The notes below the pieces were generated by a model that had not been told where the DNA came from, did no database searches, and saw only the letters and a program-made list of their open reading frames with translations. From an uncultured Candidatus Saccharibacteria bacterium (lineage in GTDB: Bacteria > Patescibacteriota > Minisyncoccia > Phycocordibacterales > UBA9973), in contig CAZYIA010000003.1 in assembly GCA_964646765.1 (NCBI GenBank), forward strand, positions 130,815 through 194,814: 64,000 bases of DNA, in the 5' to 3' direction. Of the stretch, positions 37,031 through 45,686 are shown piece by piece. The position numbers and the translations under genes are program-made. Numbering within the stretch: position 1 is the stretch's first letter; every line of letters starts with the position of its first letter.

Positions 37031-40009
37031 ATGCCAGAAAACTCTCAGTTTATTGCAGCATATAAAGGCTTAAATACGGCTCAGAAGAAGGCTGTCGAGG
37101 CTCTCGAAGGACCAGTAATGGTAGTTGCTGGCCCAGGAACAGGAAAAACCCAAGTACTCTCACTTCGCATTGCTCATATTCTTACTGAAACTGATACGCC
37201 ACCTTCCGGGATTTTGTGTTTAACATTTACTAATGCAGGTGTTCGAGCGATGCGCGAACGCTTACTTCGGCTTATTGGTGCGCGTGGTAGTGAAGTGTAC
37301 GTTGCAACATTTCATCGCTTTGCTATTTCGCTTATCGAAAAATACTACGAGTTTCTTGATTTCGACACCACCCCTGTGCTCTTAGGAGACACTGAGGCAA
37401 TCGCTCTTGTTGACGAGATTTTGGAAACCGGAGAATGGAGGTACATTCGTCCACGAGGAAATGCAGCAAAATATTTTAGCGACTTGAAGTCGCTTGTTTC
37501 GCTTTTAAAACGCGAAAAAATTTCTCCATCAGGTTTTCTGCAAGAAATTGAAATTGATATTGAAGCGCTTCGTACTTCACCTGAGAGTCTCTCTTCTCGC
37601 GGTGCGCGTAAAGGGGAACTAAAAAAAGAAGTAGAGAAGAAAATTGAAAGTCTTGAGCGAACACGCGAAGTAGTTCGTTTTTATGAGGTGTACGAAAGTG
37701 TCAAACGTGATCGGGCGCTCATGGACTACGACGATGTGCTTTCCTATGCAGTTACTCTTGCCGAAGAGTCTGAAGATGTTAGAGCGGCGCTTCGAGAGAA
37801 TTACCTCTATATACTTGTTGATGAGCACCAAGACTCAAGCGGTATTCAAAATGCTTTTATTGAAGCTGTGTGGGGTGGAACCGAGCAGCCAAATATTTTT
37901 GTTGTAGGGGATGATCGTCAGCTTATTTATGGATTCGGTGGGGCTTCTCTCGCACACTTTACCCGATTTCGTGACGCATTTGGTAAAGCGAAGGAAATTA
38001 CTCTTACCGAAAATTATCGTTCAACCCAAACTATTCTCGACACTGCTGAAGCACTACTCACGAGCACAATTGCCGATGGCAAACTGCAAAGTATAAATAC
38101 GAACGATGGCGAGAAGGTTCAGCTTGTTGAGTGTGATTATCCGCGGGATGAAATTATTGTCGCCGCTCTCGATATTAAAGAAAAAATTGCTTCTGGTATT
38201 TCTCCTGAAGAATGCGCTATTTTGGTTCCCAAAAATCATCAGGTACGAAGTGCGGTTGAAATTCTTCGTAGCCTAGGTTTACCCGTAGCTTCCTCTGGAG
38301 CACTTTCTTTTTTTGCCGTTCCTGAAACAAAAACTATTAGGACAATTCTCTCTGTGCTTGCTGATCCTTATAATGGTGCGGCGCTTGGTGCACTATTGCT
38401 TGATCCGGTATTGACGATTCCACCACTTGAAGCGCATCGGTTTTTGCGCAACGTGAACACTCGAAAACTCTCTCTTGAGGATGTACTAAAACAAGGAGCG
38501 TCAGTATTGCCGACCGATCCTATCGCTCGACTTGGGGTGTTGCTGTCTGATTTTTTGACCTGCTCTCAAACCTTAGGACTCCATGGTTTGATCCAAAAAA
38601 TAGGGGAGGACGTATTTTTTACTAACCCTAAAGAGCATGAAGCGATCATTCGCCAAGTTGAAATTATTCGAACTTTTATCCACCTTCTCGAAGGTGAGCG
38701 CGAGCGAAACGCACATCTCACTCTCTCAGAGTTTTTGGCATACCTCGACCGACTTGAAGAATATGGTCACCCAATTCCACTTGCGGTATTTGCCGGAGAA
38801 ACGGGTGTTCGAGTGCTTACCTTCCATGGGTCAAAAGGTCTCGAGTTTAAAGCTGTATATATTGCCCATCTCGACGAGGCTTCGTTGATGAGAGGTAAGC
38901 GCTCAGGTTTTACCTTACCTGAGAGTATAGAAGCTAAGCTTTCCGTAAAAGATGAGATGGTTGCTCGTCGAGAGCTCTATGTGGCCATCACGCGAGCAAA
39001 AGAATTTTGCGCCATCTCGTATTCTCGTCATTCGTATCAAGGAGCCGAACTTTCACCAGCCCACATTCTAGCTGATTTGCCGGAAGACTTGGTTGAGCGA
39101 AAAACCGCTACCGAGGTTGAGTCAAAAATTCTCGCAAAAAATCCAAAAATGTATGTCACCGGTACGTCAGAGTTTCCAAAAGCAACTCTCAAAGAGCTTA
39201 CAAAAATAGTTTCTGAGGAATATCCACGAACGAGTGTTTCTGTAACCCTCCTCAATAATTTTTTTGAATGCCCATGGAAATGGTATTTTCGAAATTTACT
39301 CCAGATGCCTGAGATGAAGACTGAGAGTTTAATTGTTGGTTCAGTAGTTCATACTGGGATTGAATATCTATTAAAACATCGCGGGCAAACATCTGAAAAA
39401 GATCTTGAAGAAGCCATGATGGTTTGTATGGAAAAAGAGTATGTATGTGGTGAGACAATGATGGAGCGTGTCATGCGAGATGCAAAGAAAATTCTCGGAA
39501 CATTTACCACGACATACCTTCCTCATATAGTGCCGCATGCTCTTTCAGAACGATCGTTAACGTATCGTGATCCAAAAGTAGCCCACCTAACGTGCTATGG
39601 CAAAATTGACCTCACTGAACGCGAAGAGAACGGCACAGTTCATGTTACTGACTTTAAAACTGGTGGTCCAAAACCGGCGCGAACAATTGAAAAACTTGAT
39701 GACGAAGGTCGTATGAGTTCACTACTTCGTCAGCTCGCTATGTATACATTTTTGATTACCGGAGCAGAACGAGGAACAAAAGTTGGCGCTTCGAAACTCT
39801 TGTTCCTCGAGGCATCTGTTGGTGACGCTGATGCAATCTATACTAAAAATATTAGCGAGCAAGAAATAGGCCTCCTGAAAAAAGACATCAGAGACTACGA
39901 TATGTTAGTTTCGAGTGGAGAGTGGGTAGAGCGCCCATGTAATGCGGAGATATATGGCAAAGCAGAAGGTTGCGAATACTGTGCTAAAGCCAAAGCCCTG
40001 TATTACTAA
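37031..40009 (+). CDS. UvrD-like SF1 helicase fused to a C-terminal PD-(D/E)xK nuclease
   Basis: AGPGTGKT, VDEHQD, VGDDRQ, NYRS, TFHGSKGLEF, YVAITRA; GKID...DFKTG...QL..Y; Cys pattern CP...C..CxxC. Confidence 0.88.
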   Translation: MPENSQFIAAYKGLNTAQKKAVEALEGPVMVVAGPGTGKTQVLSLRIAHILTETDTPPSGILCLTFTNAGVRAMRERLLRLIGARGSEVYVATFHRFAISLIEKYYEFLDFDTTPVLLGDTEAIALVDEILETGEWRYIRPRGNAAKYFSDLKSLVSLLKREKISPSGFLQEIEIDIEALRTSPESLSSRGARKGELKKEVEKKIESLERTREVVRFYEVYESVKRDRALMDYDDVLSYAVTLAEESEDVRAALRENYLYILVDEHQDSSGIQNAFIEAVWGGTEQPNIFVVGDDRQLIYGFGGASLAHFTRFRDAFGKAKEITLTENYRSTQTILDTAEALLTSTIADGKLQSINTNDGEKVQLVECDYPRDEIIVAALDIKEKIASGISPEECAILVPKNHQVRSAVEILRSLGLPVASSGALSFFAVPETKTIRTILSVLADPYNGAALGALLLDPVLTIPPLEAHRFLRNVNTRKLSLEDVLKQGASVLPTDPIARLGVLLSDFLTCSQTLGLHGLIQKIGEDVFFTNPKEHEAIIRQVEIIRTFIHLLEGERERNAHLTLSEFLAYLDRLEEYGHPIPLAVFAGETGVRVLTFHGSKGLEFKAVYIAHLDEASLMRGKRSGFTLPESIEAKLSVKDEMVARRELYVAITRAKEFCAISYSRHSYQGAELSPAHILADLPEDLVERKTATEVESKILAKNPKMYVTGTSEFPKATLKELTKIVSEEYPRTSVSVTLLNNFFECPWKWYFRNLLQMPEMKTESLIVGSVVHTGIEYLLKHRGQTSEKDLEEAMMVCMEKEYVCGETMMERVMRDAKKILGTFTTTYLPHIVPHALSERSLTYRDPKVAHLTCYGKIDLTEREENGTVHVTDFKTGGPKPARTIEKLDDEGRMSSLLRQLAMYTFLITGAERGTKVGASKLLFLEASVGDADAIYTKNISEQEIGLLKKDIRDYDMLVSSGEWVERPCNAEIYGKAEGCEYCAKAKALYY

Positions 40010-40012
40010 TTA

Positions 40013-40135
40013 CTAGCGCGTAGTGTGCAGAAAGCTTTGATATGGGTTTCGGCCGTTATCAAGCCATCCCAGAAAAATACCTACCCCAAAGGTGATAGTG
40101 CCAAGCAAGATCAGCCATACAATCGCCTTTTTCAT
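40013..40135 (-). CDS. Small single-TM protein, 40 aa (absent from ORF track)
   Basis: MKKAIVWLILLGTITFGVGIFLGWLDNGRNPYQSFLHTTR*; ATG lies 6 nt after TGG-TAAAAT. Confidence 0.6.
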   Translation of the reverse strand: MKKAIVWLILLGTITFGVGIFLGWLDNGRNPYQSFLHTTR

Positions 40136-40185
40136 AGGCCGATTTTACCACAGCTTTAGAGTAGGTCGTATGCTATACTCCGCCT

Positions 40186-40416
40186 ATGGTAAATAGGCAA
40201 ATCCACGGTCACAACGTGCGCTATGAAGAGCATGATTTGGGGGCCGAAGAGGCAGTGCGGTTTTTAGAAATTCACAGTTCTCGTGAAGAAGCCGATGTCT
40301 TTTTCCATCAGGCTAAAGAGCGGGGAACTGCCCAGTTTGAGGATCGCCACGGAAAGAATTTTACCCTCATTCACCATATGGACGGTTACTACACCATTGA
40401 GCCAAGAAGTTATTAG
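40186..40416 (+). CDS. Small hypothetical protein (paralog 1)
   Basis: ATG 6 nt after TGC-TATACT; similar to the next ORF. Confidence 0.65.
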   Translation: MVNRQIHGHNVRYEEHDLGAEEAVRFLEIHSSREEADVFFHQAKERGTAQFEDRHGKNFTLIHHMDGYYTIEPRSY

Positions 40417-40431
40417 TTTTAAATAGTAAGC

Positions 40432-40644
40432 ATGTCTAGCAGTAATTTTTTTGATAAGTATTCGCTTTCCTATGATTCAGGACTGGAAAGAGTAAAGGAC
40501 CACCTGAAGCATGATAGCGGAACGAAGGGACTGTTTTCTGAAGCAGAAGCCCATCATTACGGGTATTTCAGGTATAAAGGAGAAAAATATAAAATTGTAC
40601 ACGATGGAGGTGGCAATTTTCATCTAAAAGAAGACCATTTTTAA
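40432..40644 (+). CDS. Small hypothetical protein (paralog 2)
   Basis: Shares an F..A...(G)..F...G..(F/Y).(L/I).H...G.(Y/F) pattern with the previous ORF; abuts pheS. Confidence 0.65.
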   Translation: MSSSNFFDKYSLSYDSGLERVKDHLKHDSGTKGLFSEAEAHHYGYFRYKGEKYKIVHDGGGNFHLKEDHF

Positions 40645-40646
40645 TT

Positions 40647-41345
40647 ATGGAAACTCGCGGTACTCTCCATCCGATCTCTTTGATTACGGACGACATTGTT
40701 CGCATTTTCGACAACCTTGGGTTTGAAGTTGCCACTGGCCCTGAACTTGAAGATGAATGGTATAACTTCGATGCGTTAAATGTGGCAAAAGATCATCCGG
40801 CACGAGACATGCAAGACACCTTTTGGATTAAAGGGGAGCAAGGTAAAGTACTTCGCACCCACGTTACTTCTACTACTGCTCGATTTTTAGAGCGTGTCGG
40901 TAAAGAGGGAACATTTCCACGCGCCTCGATTTCAGTCGGCAAAGTATTTCGGAACGAAGCAACAGATGCTACGCACGAAATGCAATTCTTCCAAGTTGAT
41001 GGTTGTGCTATTGGAGAAAATATTAATCTCGGTAATTTAAAATCTACACTTCTTACTCTCTATAAAGGTTTACTTGGTGAAGATACTGAAATACAGCTTC
41101 GCCCAAGCTTTTTTCCGTTCACTGAACCTTCAATTGAAGTGTGGGTGAAGTTCCGCAACCGATGGCTCGAAATGATGGGTGGCGGCATGATTCATCCAAA
41201 TGTACTCCGTAATCTTGGAATCGATCCTGAAAAATACCAGGGCTTTGCTTTCGGTGGAGGAGTTGATCGTATTTTAATGGTAAAGCACGACATTCCAGAT
41301 GTTCGCTTGCTTTATCAAGGTGATCTTCGCGTAAACCAATTTTAG
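40647..41345 (+). CDS. pheS: Phenylalanine--tRNA ligase alpha subunit (N-terminally short)
   Basis: G.LHPI, NFDALN..DHPARDMQDTF, LRTH, FRNEATDATH, RPSFFPFTEPS, GFAFG.G.DR. Confidence 0.95.
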   Translation: METRGTLHPISLITDDIVRIFDNLGFEVATGPELEDEWYNFDALNVAKDHPARDMQDTFWIKGEQGKVLRTHVTSTTARFLERVGKEGTFPRASISVGKVFRNEATDATHEMQFFQVDGCAIGENINLGNLKSTLLTLYKGLLGEDTEIQLRPSFFPFTEPSIEVWVKFRNRWLEMMGGGMIHPNVLRNLGIDPEKYQGFAFGGGVDRILMVKHDIPDVRLLYQGDLRVNQF

Positions 41346-41346
41346 T

Positions 41347-41757
41347 ATGAAGAATTTTTTTAGATTGGTTTCAATATATTTCCTGGATTTTCTATTTCCG
41401 GAAATACCAAATTTAATCCAGATTTTAACATTTATACTTGTCCTGAGTTTTTTGCTTCCCGATAAGTATGGCATCTGGATGACTACCACTCTGTTTTTGT
41501 TTGGTTCGTATTTAGTGGCGAAATTGTATAGGTTCCCTCAAGATTTTTATGACAAAGAATATCTTATAGACAATTTAAAGAGATTTTTTAATATTTCCAG
41601 CATACTATCTTTAATAATTCTAGCATTAGTATTTTGGGGGATAATTCAGGTGACAAAAATTATTGCCATAGAGACAAAGTTACGAGACTTAGAAAGGGTC
41701 GCATCGTTTAAACAACTCAAAACTGAGGAAGTTGCTTCTTTTTTAAAAAACAATTAA
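41347..41757 (+). CDS. AT-rich hypothetical membrane protein between pheS and pheT
   Basis: About 3 TM helices; visibly AT-richer codons (ATA, TTA, AGA) than its neighbours. Confidence 0.55.
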   Translation: MKNFFRLVSIYFLDFLFPEIPNLIQILTFILVLSFLLPDKYGIWMTTTLFLFGSYLVAKLYRFPQDFYDKEYLIDNLKRFFNISSILSLIILALVFWGIIQVTKIIAIETKLRDLERVASFKQLKTEEVASFLKNN

Positions 41758-41769
41758 ATTCTTCAATTT

Positions 41770-43578
41770 ATGAAAATTTCCTACAATTGGCTCAAATGGT
41801 ATGTAAACGGTGAATTGCCCGCCCCAGAAAAACTGGCAGATATTTTTACGTTCAAGCTTTGCGAAGTCGAAGGAATGGAAAAGCGTGAAGATGGCGATAC
41901 TATTTTTGATTTAAATATTTTACCAAACCGTGCTCATGATCTTCTTTCACACCACGGTGTAGCTCGCGAAGTTGCAGGCATGTTGGGATATACCTTTAAG
42001 GACCCAACTCCGCTCTATAAAATTCCTGAATCGAAACCAACCAAGCTTAGAATCGAGATAGAAACTCCAGCATGTCGCCGCTATATGGGCCGTGTTGTCC
42101 GTAATGTAAAGGTTGGGCCATCACCAGAATGGGTAGTAAAGCACCTCGAATCTGTTGGTCAGCGTTCAATAAATAATATTGTTGATGCAACTAATTTAGT
42201 GATGTTTGATTGCGGCCAGCCTTGCCACGCATTCGATATTAAACTCATTCCGGACGAAAAAATAAAAATTGGGGTAGCGAAAGATGGGGAAGAATTTCCT
42301 GTGCTCGGTCGTGACCAGGTAGTGGCAAAATTAAAAGCTACGGATATGGTTATTGCCGACAAGGATGGAAGCTCTTTGGCAATTGCTGGTGTAAAGGGCG
42401 GCCTAAATTCTGGCGTAACTGACGCTACCACTGATATCGTGCTCGAAGTAGCTAACTTTGAGCCAGTTTCTGTGCGCAAAACTGCTCGTCGTTTAAATTT
42501 GCTTTCTGATTCAGCAAAGCGTTTTGAAAATGATTTGTCGCCAGAGCACGCCTCATTTGCCATGATGGAACTTTCAGCAACTATTTTAGAAATGTGCCCC
42601 GAGGCTTCGTTTGAGGAAATTGTTGATGTGTATCCTAATCCAGAGCAACCACGAACGATTTCTTTTTCACTTTCAAAAATAAATTCGTACCTCGGTATAA
42701 ATCTCTCTGAAGATGAAATGGTAACCATCTTGGCCACCTATGGCTATAAAATTTCGGGAGCAGGGGATATTCGAACGCTTACCGTTCCATATCTTCGCCT
42801 TGATCTTACCGGTACACACGATGTTGCTGAAGAAGTAGCACGTCTCTATGGTTTGGAGAATATTAAAGCCGTACCACTTTCGTTTAAAGAGAAACCAGAA
42901 ATAAATGCAGAATTCTATAAAAAAGTAGCAGTGCGCCAAAAATTAATCAGCGAAGGATATCGAGAAACAATTACCTACGCGTTCCGAAAAAAAGGTGTGT
43001 ATGAAGTTGCTCGTGGGGTAGGTGATAAAGGAGCATTGCGCATAAATCTTGCTGATGGCCTTAAAGAAAGCTACGAGCTCAATCGTCTGAATGCGCCACT
43101 TCTTGGACTTGGAGATGTAAAAATTTTTGAAATTGGAGCTGTGTGGCCAAAAACTGGGGAAGAAATTCATGTAGCTTGGGCAGATAAAAAAGGCGTTACC
43201 GAAGTAACTCTTAACGAGTATTGCGAAAAAAATAGTATCTCAGTAGGGAATACCTATGCTGAATTACTTTCCTCGCAAACTTCCGGCGTTCGTTTTGTGC
43301 CCTGGTCATTGTTCCCATTCATTGTTCGAGACATTGCTCTGTGGGTTCCAGAAGGGACTACGAGTGAAGATGTGGCTGCGGTTATGAAAGGCGAACTAAA
43401 TGAGCTTTGTGTCCGAGGACCTGAGCTTTTTGACCAGTTTACAAAAGATGGCCGCACTTCGTACGCCTTCCGTATGGTTTTTCAAGCCCACGATAAAACA
43501 CTTTCTGACGTTGAAGTACATCCTTTTATAGAAAAAATTACCGCCAAACTTAACGAGAAAGGTTGGGAGGTGCGATAG
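41770..43578 (+). CDS. pheT: Phenylalanine--tRNA ligase beta subunit (short form)
   Basis: MKISYNWLK, PNRAHD.LSH.GVARE, INNIVDATN, GQPCHAFD, RFE, DVAEEVARLYG, FP...RDIA (B8 domain). Confidence 0.93.
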   Translation: MKISYNWLKWYVNGELPAPEKLADIFTFKLCEVEGMEKREDGDTIFDLNILPNRAHDLLSHHGVAREVAGMLGYTFKDPTPLYKIPESKPTKLRIEIETPACRRYMGRVVRNVKVGPSPEWVVKHLESVGQRSINNIVDATNLVMFDCGQPCHAFDIKLIPDEKIKIGVAKDGEEFPVLGRDQVVAKLKATDMVIADKDGSSLAIAGVKGGLNSGVTDATTDIVLEVANFEPVSVRKTARRLNLLSDSAKRFENDLSPEHASFAMMELSATILEMCPEASFEEIVDVYPNPEQPRTISFSLSKINSYLGINLSEDEMVTILATYGYKISGAGDIRTLTVPYLRLDLTGTHDVAEEVARLYGLENIKAVPLSFKEKPEINAEFYKKVAVRQKLISEGYRETITYAFRKKGVYEVARGVGDKGALRINLADGLKESYELNRLNAPLLGLGDVKIFEIGAVWPKTGEEIHVAWADKKGVTEVTLNEYCEKNSISVGNTYAELLSSQTSGVRFVPWSLFPFIVRDIALWVPEGTTSEDVAAVMKGELNELCVRGPELFDQFTKDGRTSYAFRMVFQAHDKTLSDVEVHPFIEKITAKLNEKGWEVR

Positions 43579-43642
43579 TCCGCCTATAACTGGGGAAAAG
43601 AGAAGATTAGAGGTTAGGTTTTTCTGTTACAATTAAGGCACA

Positions 43643-45565
43643 ATGGTTTTTCAACGCCGCTATAGGCTACTGATAACTTCTCTCGTTACACTTTTCTTTT
43701 ACGGTGCTGGCGTTTCCTATGCTATGACGCTCGTAGCGCCTCATACCGTACTTGATCCAGTTGGTCTTCCTGGAGCGTATTCGGTGCAAACTGGTCCAGC
43801 CGGTTCTTCTTCCTCTATTCAATATAACGATGCCGGTGCTTTTGGTGCTGATCCAAACTTTACTCGCAACCCTCTCGGTACGGATTTTAATGTCATCTCA
43901 GATATTGGCACAGGAGTATCTGCCCGTATTCAGCAAAGTAGTTCGGTATTAGGTATAGGAATAAAAGGAACAGCGTTTTTGTATTCCGATAATAATTATG
44001 TATCTAGTTTTACGGGTATAGTAGCCGGGGACTTTACTGCTGTAGGTGGGGAAGCTAACGCAATGCTTATTGGTTACCAAGCGTTTAGTGGAGGAACTTC
44101 AGCTACTATTACACCAACGTATGATGCTGGTTCTGACACGTCTACTATTGGAGTTTCCACGAAAAATAGCACAGGAAAGGAGGCCCGTGTTGGAGTACAG
44201 GCAAACCCAACAGGAGGTAATATTAGTTTTAATTTTGGTGGTTCAAATAATTACTACTTTCCAGATACAGAACCTACTATAGGTACAGTTTTAGGATACA
44301 CAGGCTCTCATCAACTCGGTTGGGTTTCTGCTGGTGGTGGCGGTGGAGTAACAATAGGTAATCCAATTACCGGAGGCACTGGCGACCGTATTTTGTTTGA
44401 AGATGCTTCAAACAATCTTCGAGAAAGTAATAATTTAATATTTGTTGATACAACTGGTTATTTTGATGTTTCTTTTGCGGGTAGTACTCATTTCTTAAGT
44501 AATCCTTCAAGTGGGCAGTACTATATGGGTACTAACGGCGGAAATAAAACACTCATTCAGATACTTGATGGTGGTACCAATGAAATTTCAAATAGTGTAA
44601 ACGGTCAATTCTACGTTCAACAAACAAATGGCCCAAGACTTATTGATGGAAATACTAACACGTTTAATCTCTACCTTGGTGATGTAGGGCATAATGCAAA
44701 TACTACCTCTATCGAGCTCTTAGACTCTGCTGCACAGATACATCTTGTTGCTCACTCAACTGGAATTGGTTCTAGCGGTTTAATTGAAATTGGTGACAGA
44801 AACAACGATGGTAATAGCACGAAGTTTAGTTTGAATGATTTTGCTAGACAAGTATTTGTTCAAACAAATGGAGATTTTGGAGTACAGAATTTTTCAGGAC
44901 AACGTGCTATCGATGTTGATTTCTCATCGGGATTTTATTTTGCAGCAGGTGATGCTAATGCTGTTGCAAATGGTACGAAACTTACCGTCAACGACAGCAC
45001 TTCGCTTGTTACTATTAATGCAGCAAATGGGTTGGTAGTTAATGATAATAATTCCCACACATGTACTGTTGATCCGAACGGCGGCACCTGTACTTCTGAT
45101 GAACGTCTCAAAACTAATATTACTGATCTTCCTTCGACTACTCTCAATACTCTTGCTGGCCTTCGCACCGTTACCTACACCTGGAACAGTGGTGCTGATA
45201 TGACAACAAAGCATATTGGTTTTTTGGCACAAAATGTTCGCGATGCGTATCCAGAACTCGTTAGTACTGACCCAAATGGATACCTAGGTGTAAATTATCC
45301 AGGGTTCACCCCACTTCTTGTTGAAGCATTGAAAGAAGTGAAGTTGCAGCTTGATTCGCTTGATACTCTTATAACTACCAATACGTCATTTACTGCTCAC
45401 ATGCGAGAATGGTTGGGAGATACGGCAAATGGAATTGCTCGTATTTTTGCAGACAAAGTTGAGACGCATGAACTGTGTGTTGATGGTCAGTGTCTAAATG
45501 AGCAGGATGTGCGTGACCTTCTACAGTTGCGCAACCAAGTATTGGGCACCCTGGTACAGTCCTAA
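43643..45565 (+). CDS. Secreted tail-fibre-like adhesin with intramolecular chaperone (peptidase S74-like) domain
   Basis: Signal peptide; G/N/T-rich beta repeats; SDERLKTNI...V.YTW...IGFLAQ.V...YPELV. Confidence 0.8.
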   Translation: MVFQRRYRLLITSLVTLFFYGAGVSYAMTLVAPHTVLDPVGLPGAYSVQTGPAGSSSSIQYNDAGAFGADPNFTRNPLGTDFNVISDIGTGVSARIQQSSSVLGIGIKGTAFLYSDNNYVSSFTGIVAGDFTAVGGEANAMLIGYQAFSGGTSATITPTYDAGSDTSTIGVSTKNSTGKEARVGVQANPTGGNISFNFGGSNNYYFPDTEPTIGTVLGYTGSHQLGWVSAGGGGGVTIGNPITGGTGDRILFEDASNNLRESNNLIFVDTTGYFDVSFAGSTHFLSNPSSGQYYMGTNGGNKTLIQILDGGTNEISNSVNGQFYVQQTNGPRLIDGNTNTFNLYLGDVGHNANTTSIELLDSAAQIHLVAHSTGIGSSGLIEIGDRNNDGNSTKFSLNDFARQVFVQTNGDFGVQNFSGQRAIDVDFSSGFYFAAGDANAVANGTKLTVNDSTSLVTINAANGLVVNDNNSHTCTVDPNGGTCTSDERLKTNITDLPSTTLNTLAGLRTVTYTWNSGADMTTKHIGFLAQNVRDAYPELVSTDPNGYLGVNYPGFTPLLVEALKEVKLQLDSLDTLITTNTSFTAHMREWLGDTANGIARIFADKVETHELCVDGQCLNEQDVRDLLQLRNQVLGTLVQS

Positions 45566-45686
45566 TCAAGGAAGTACCTCTAAGGACAAACTAAAATTTA
45601 GAACAGCTGTAGCTCATTCCTACAAGCAAAACCTGCAAAATACGGTTGGAAAATTCACGAACAATCATGTTATACTTTGCTAACGT

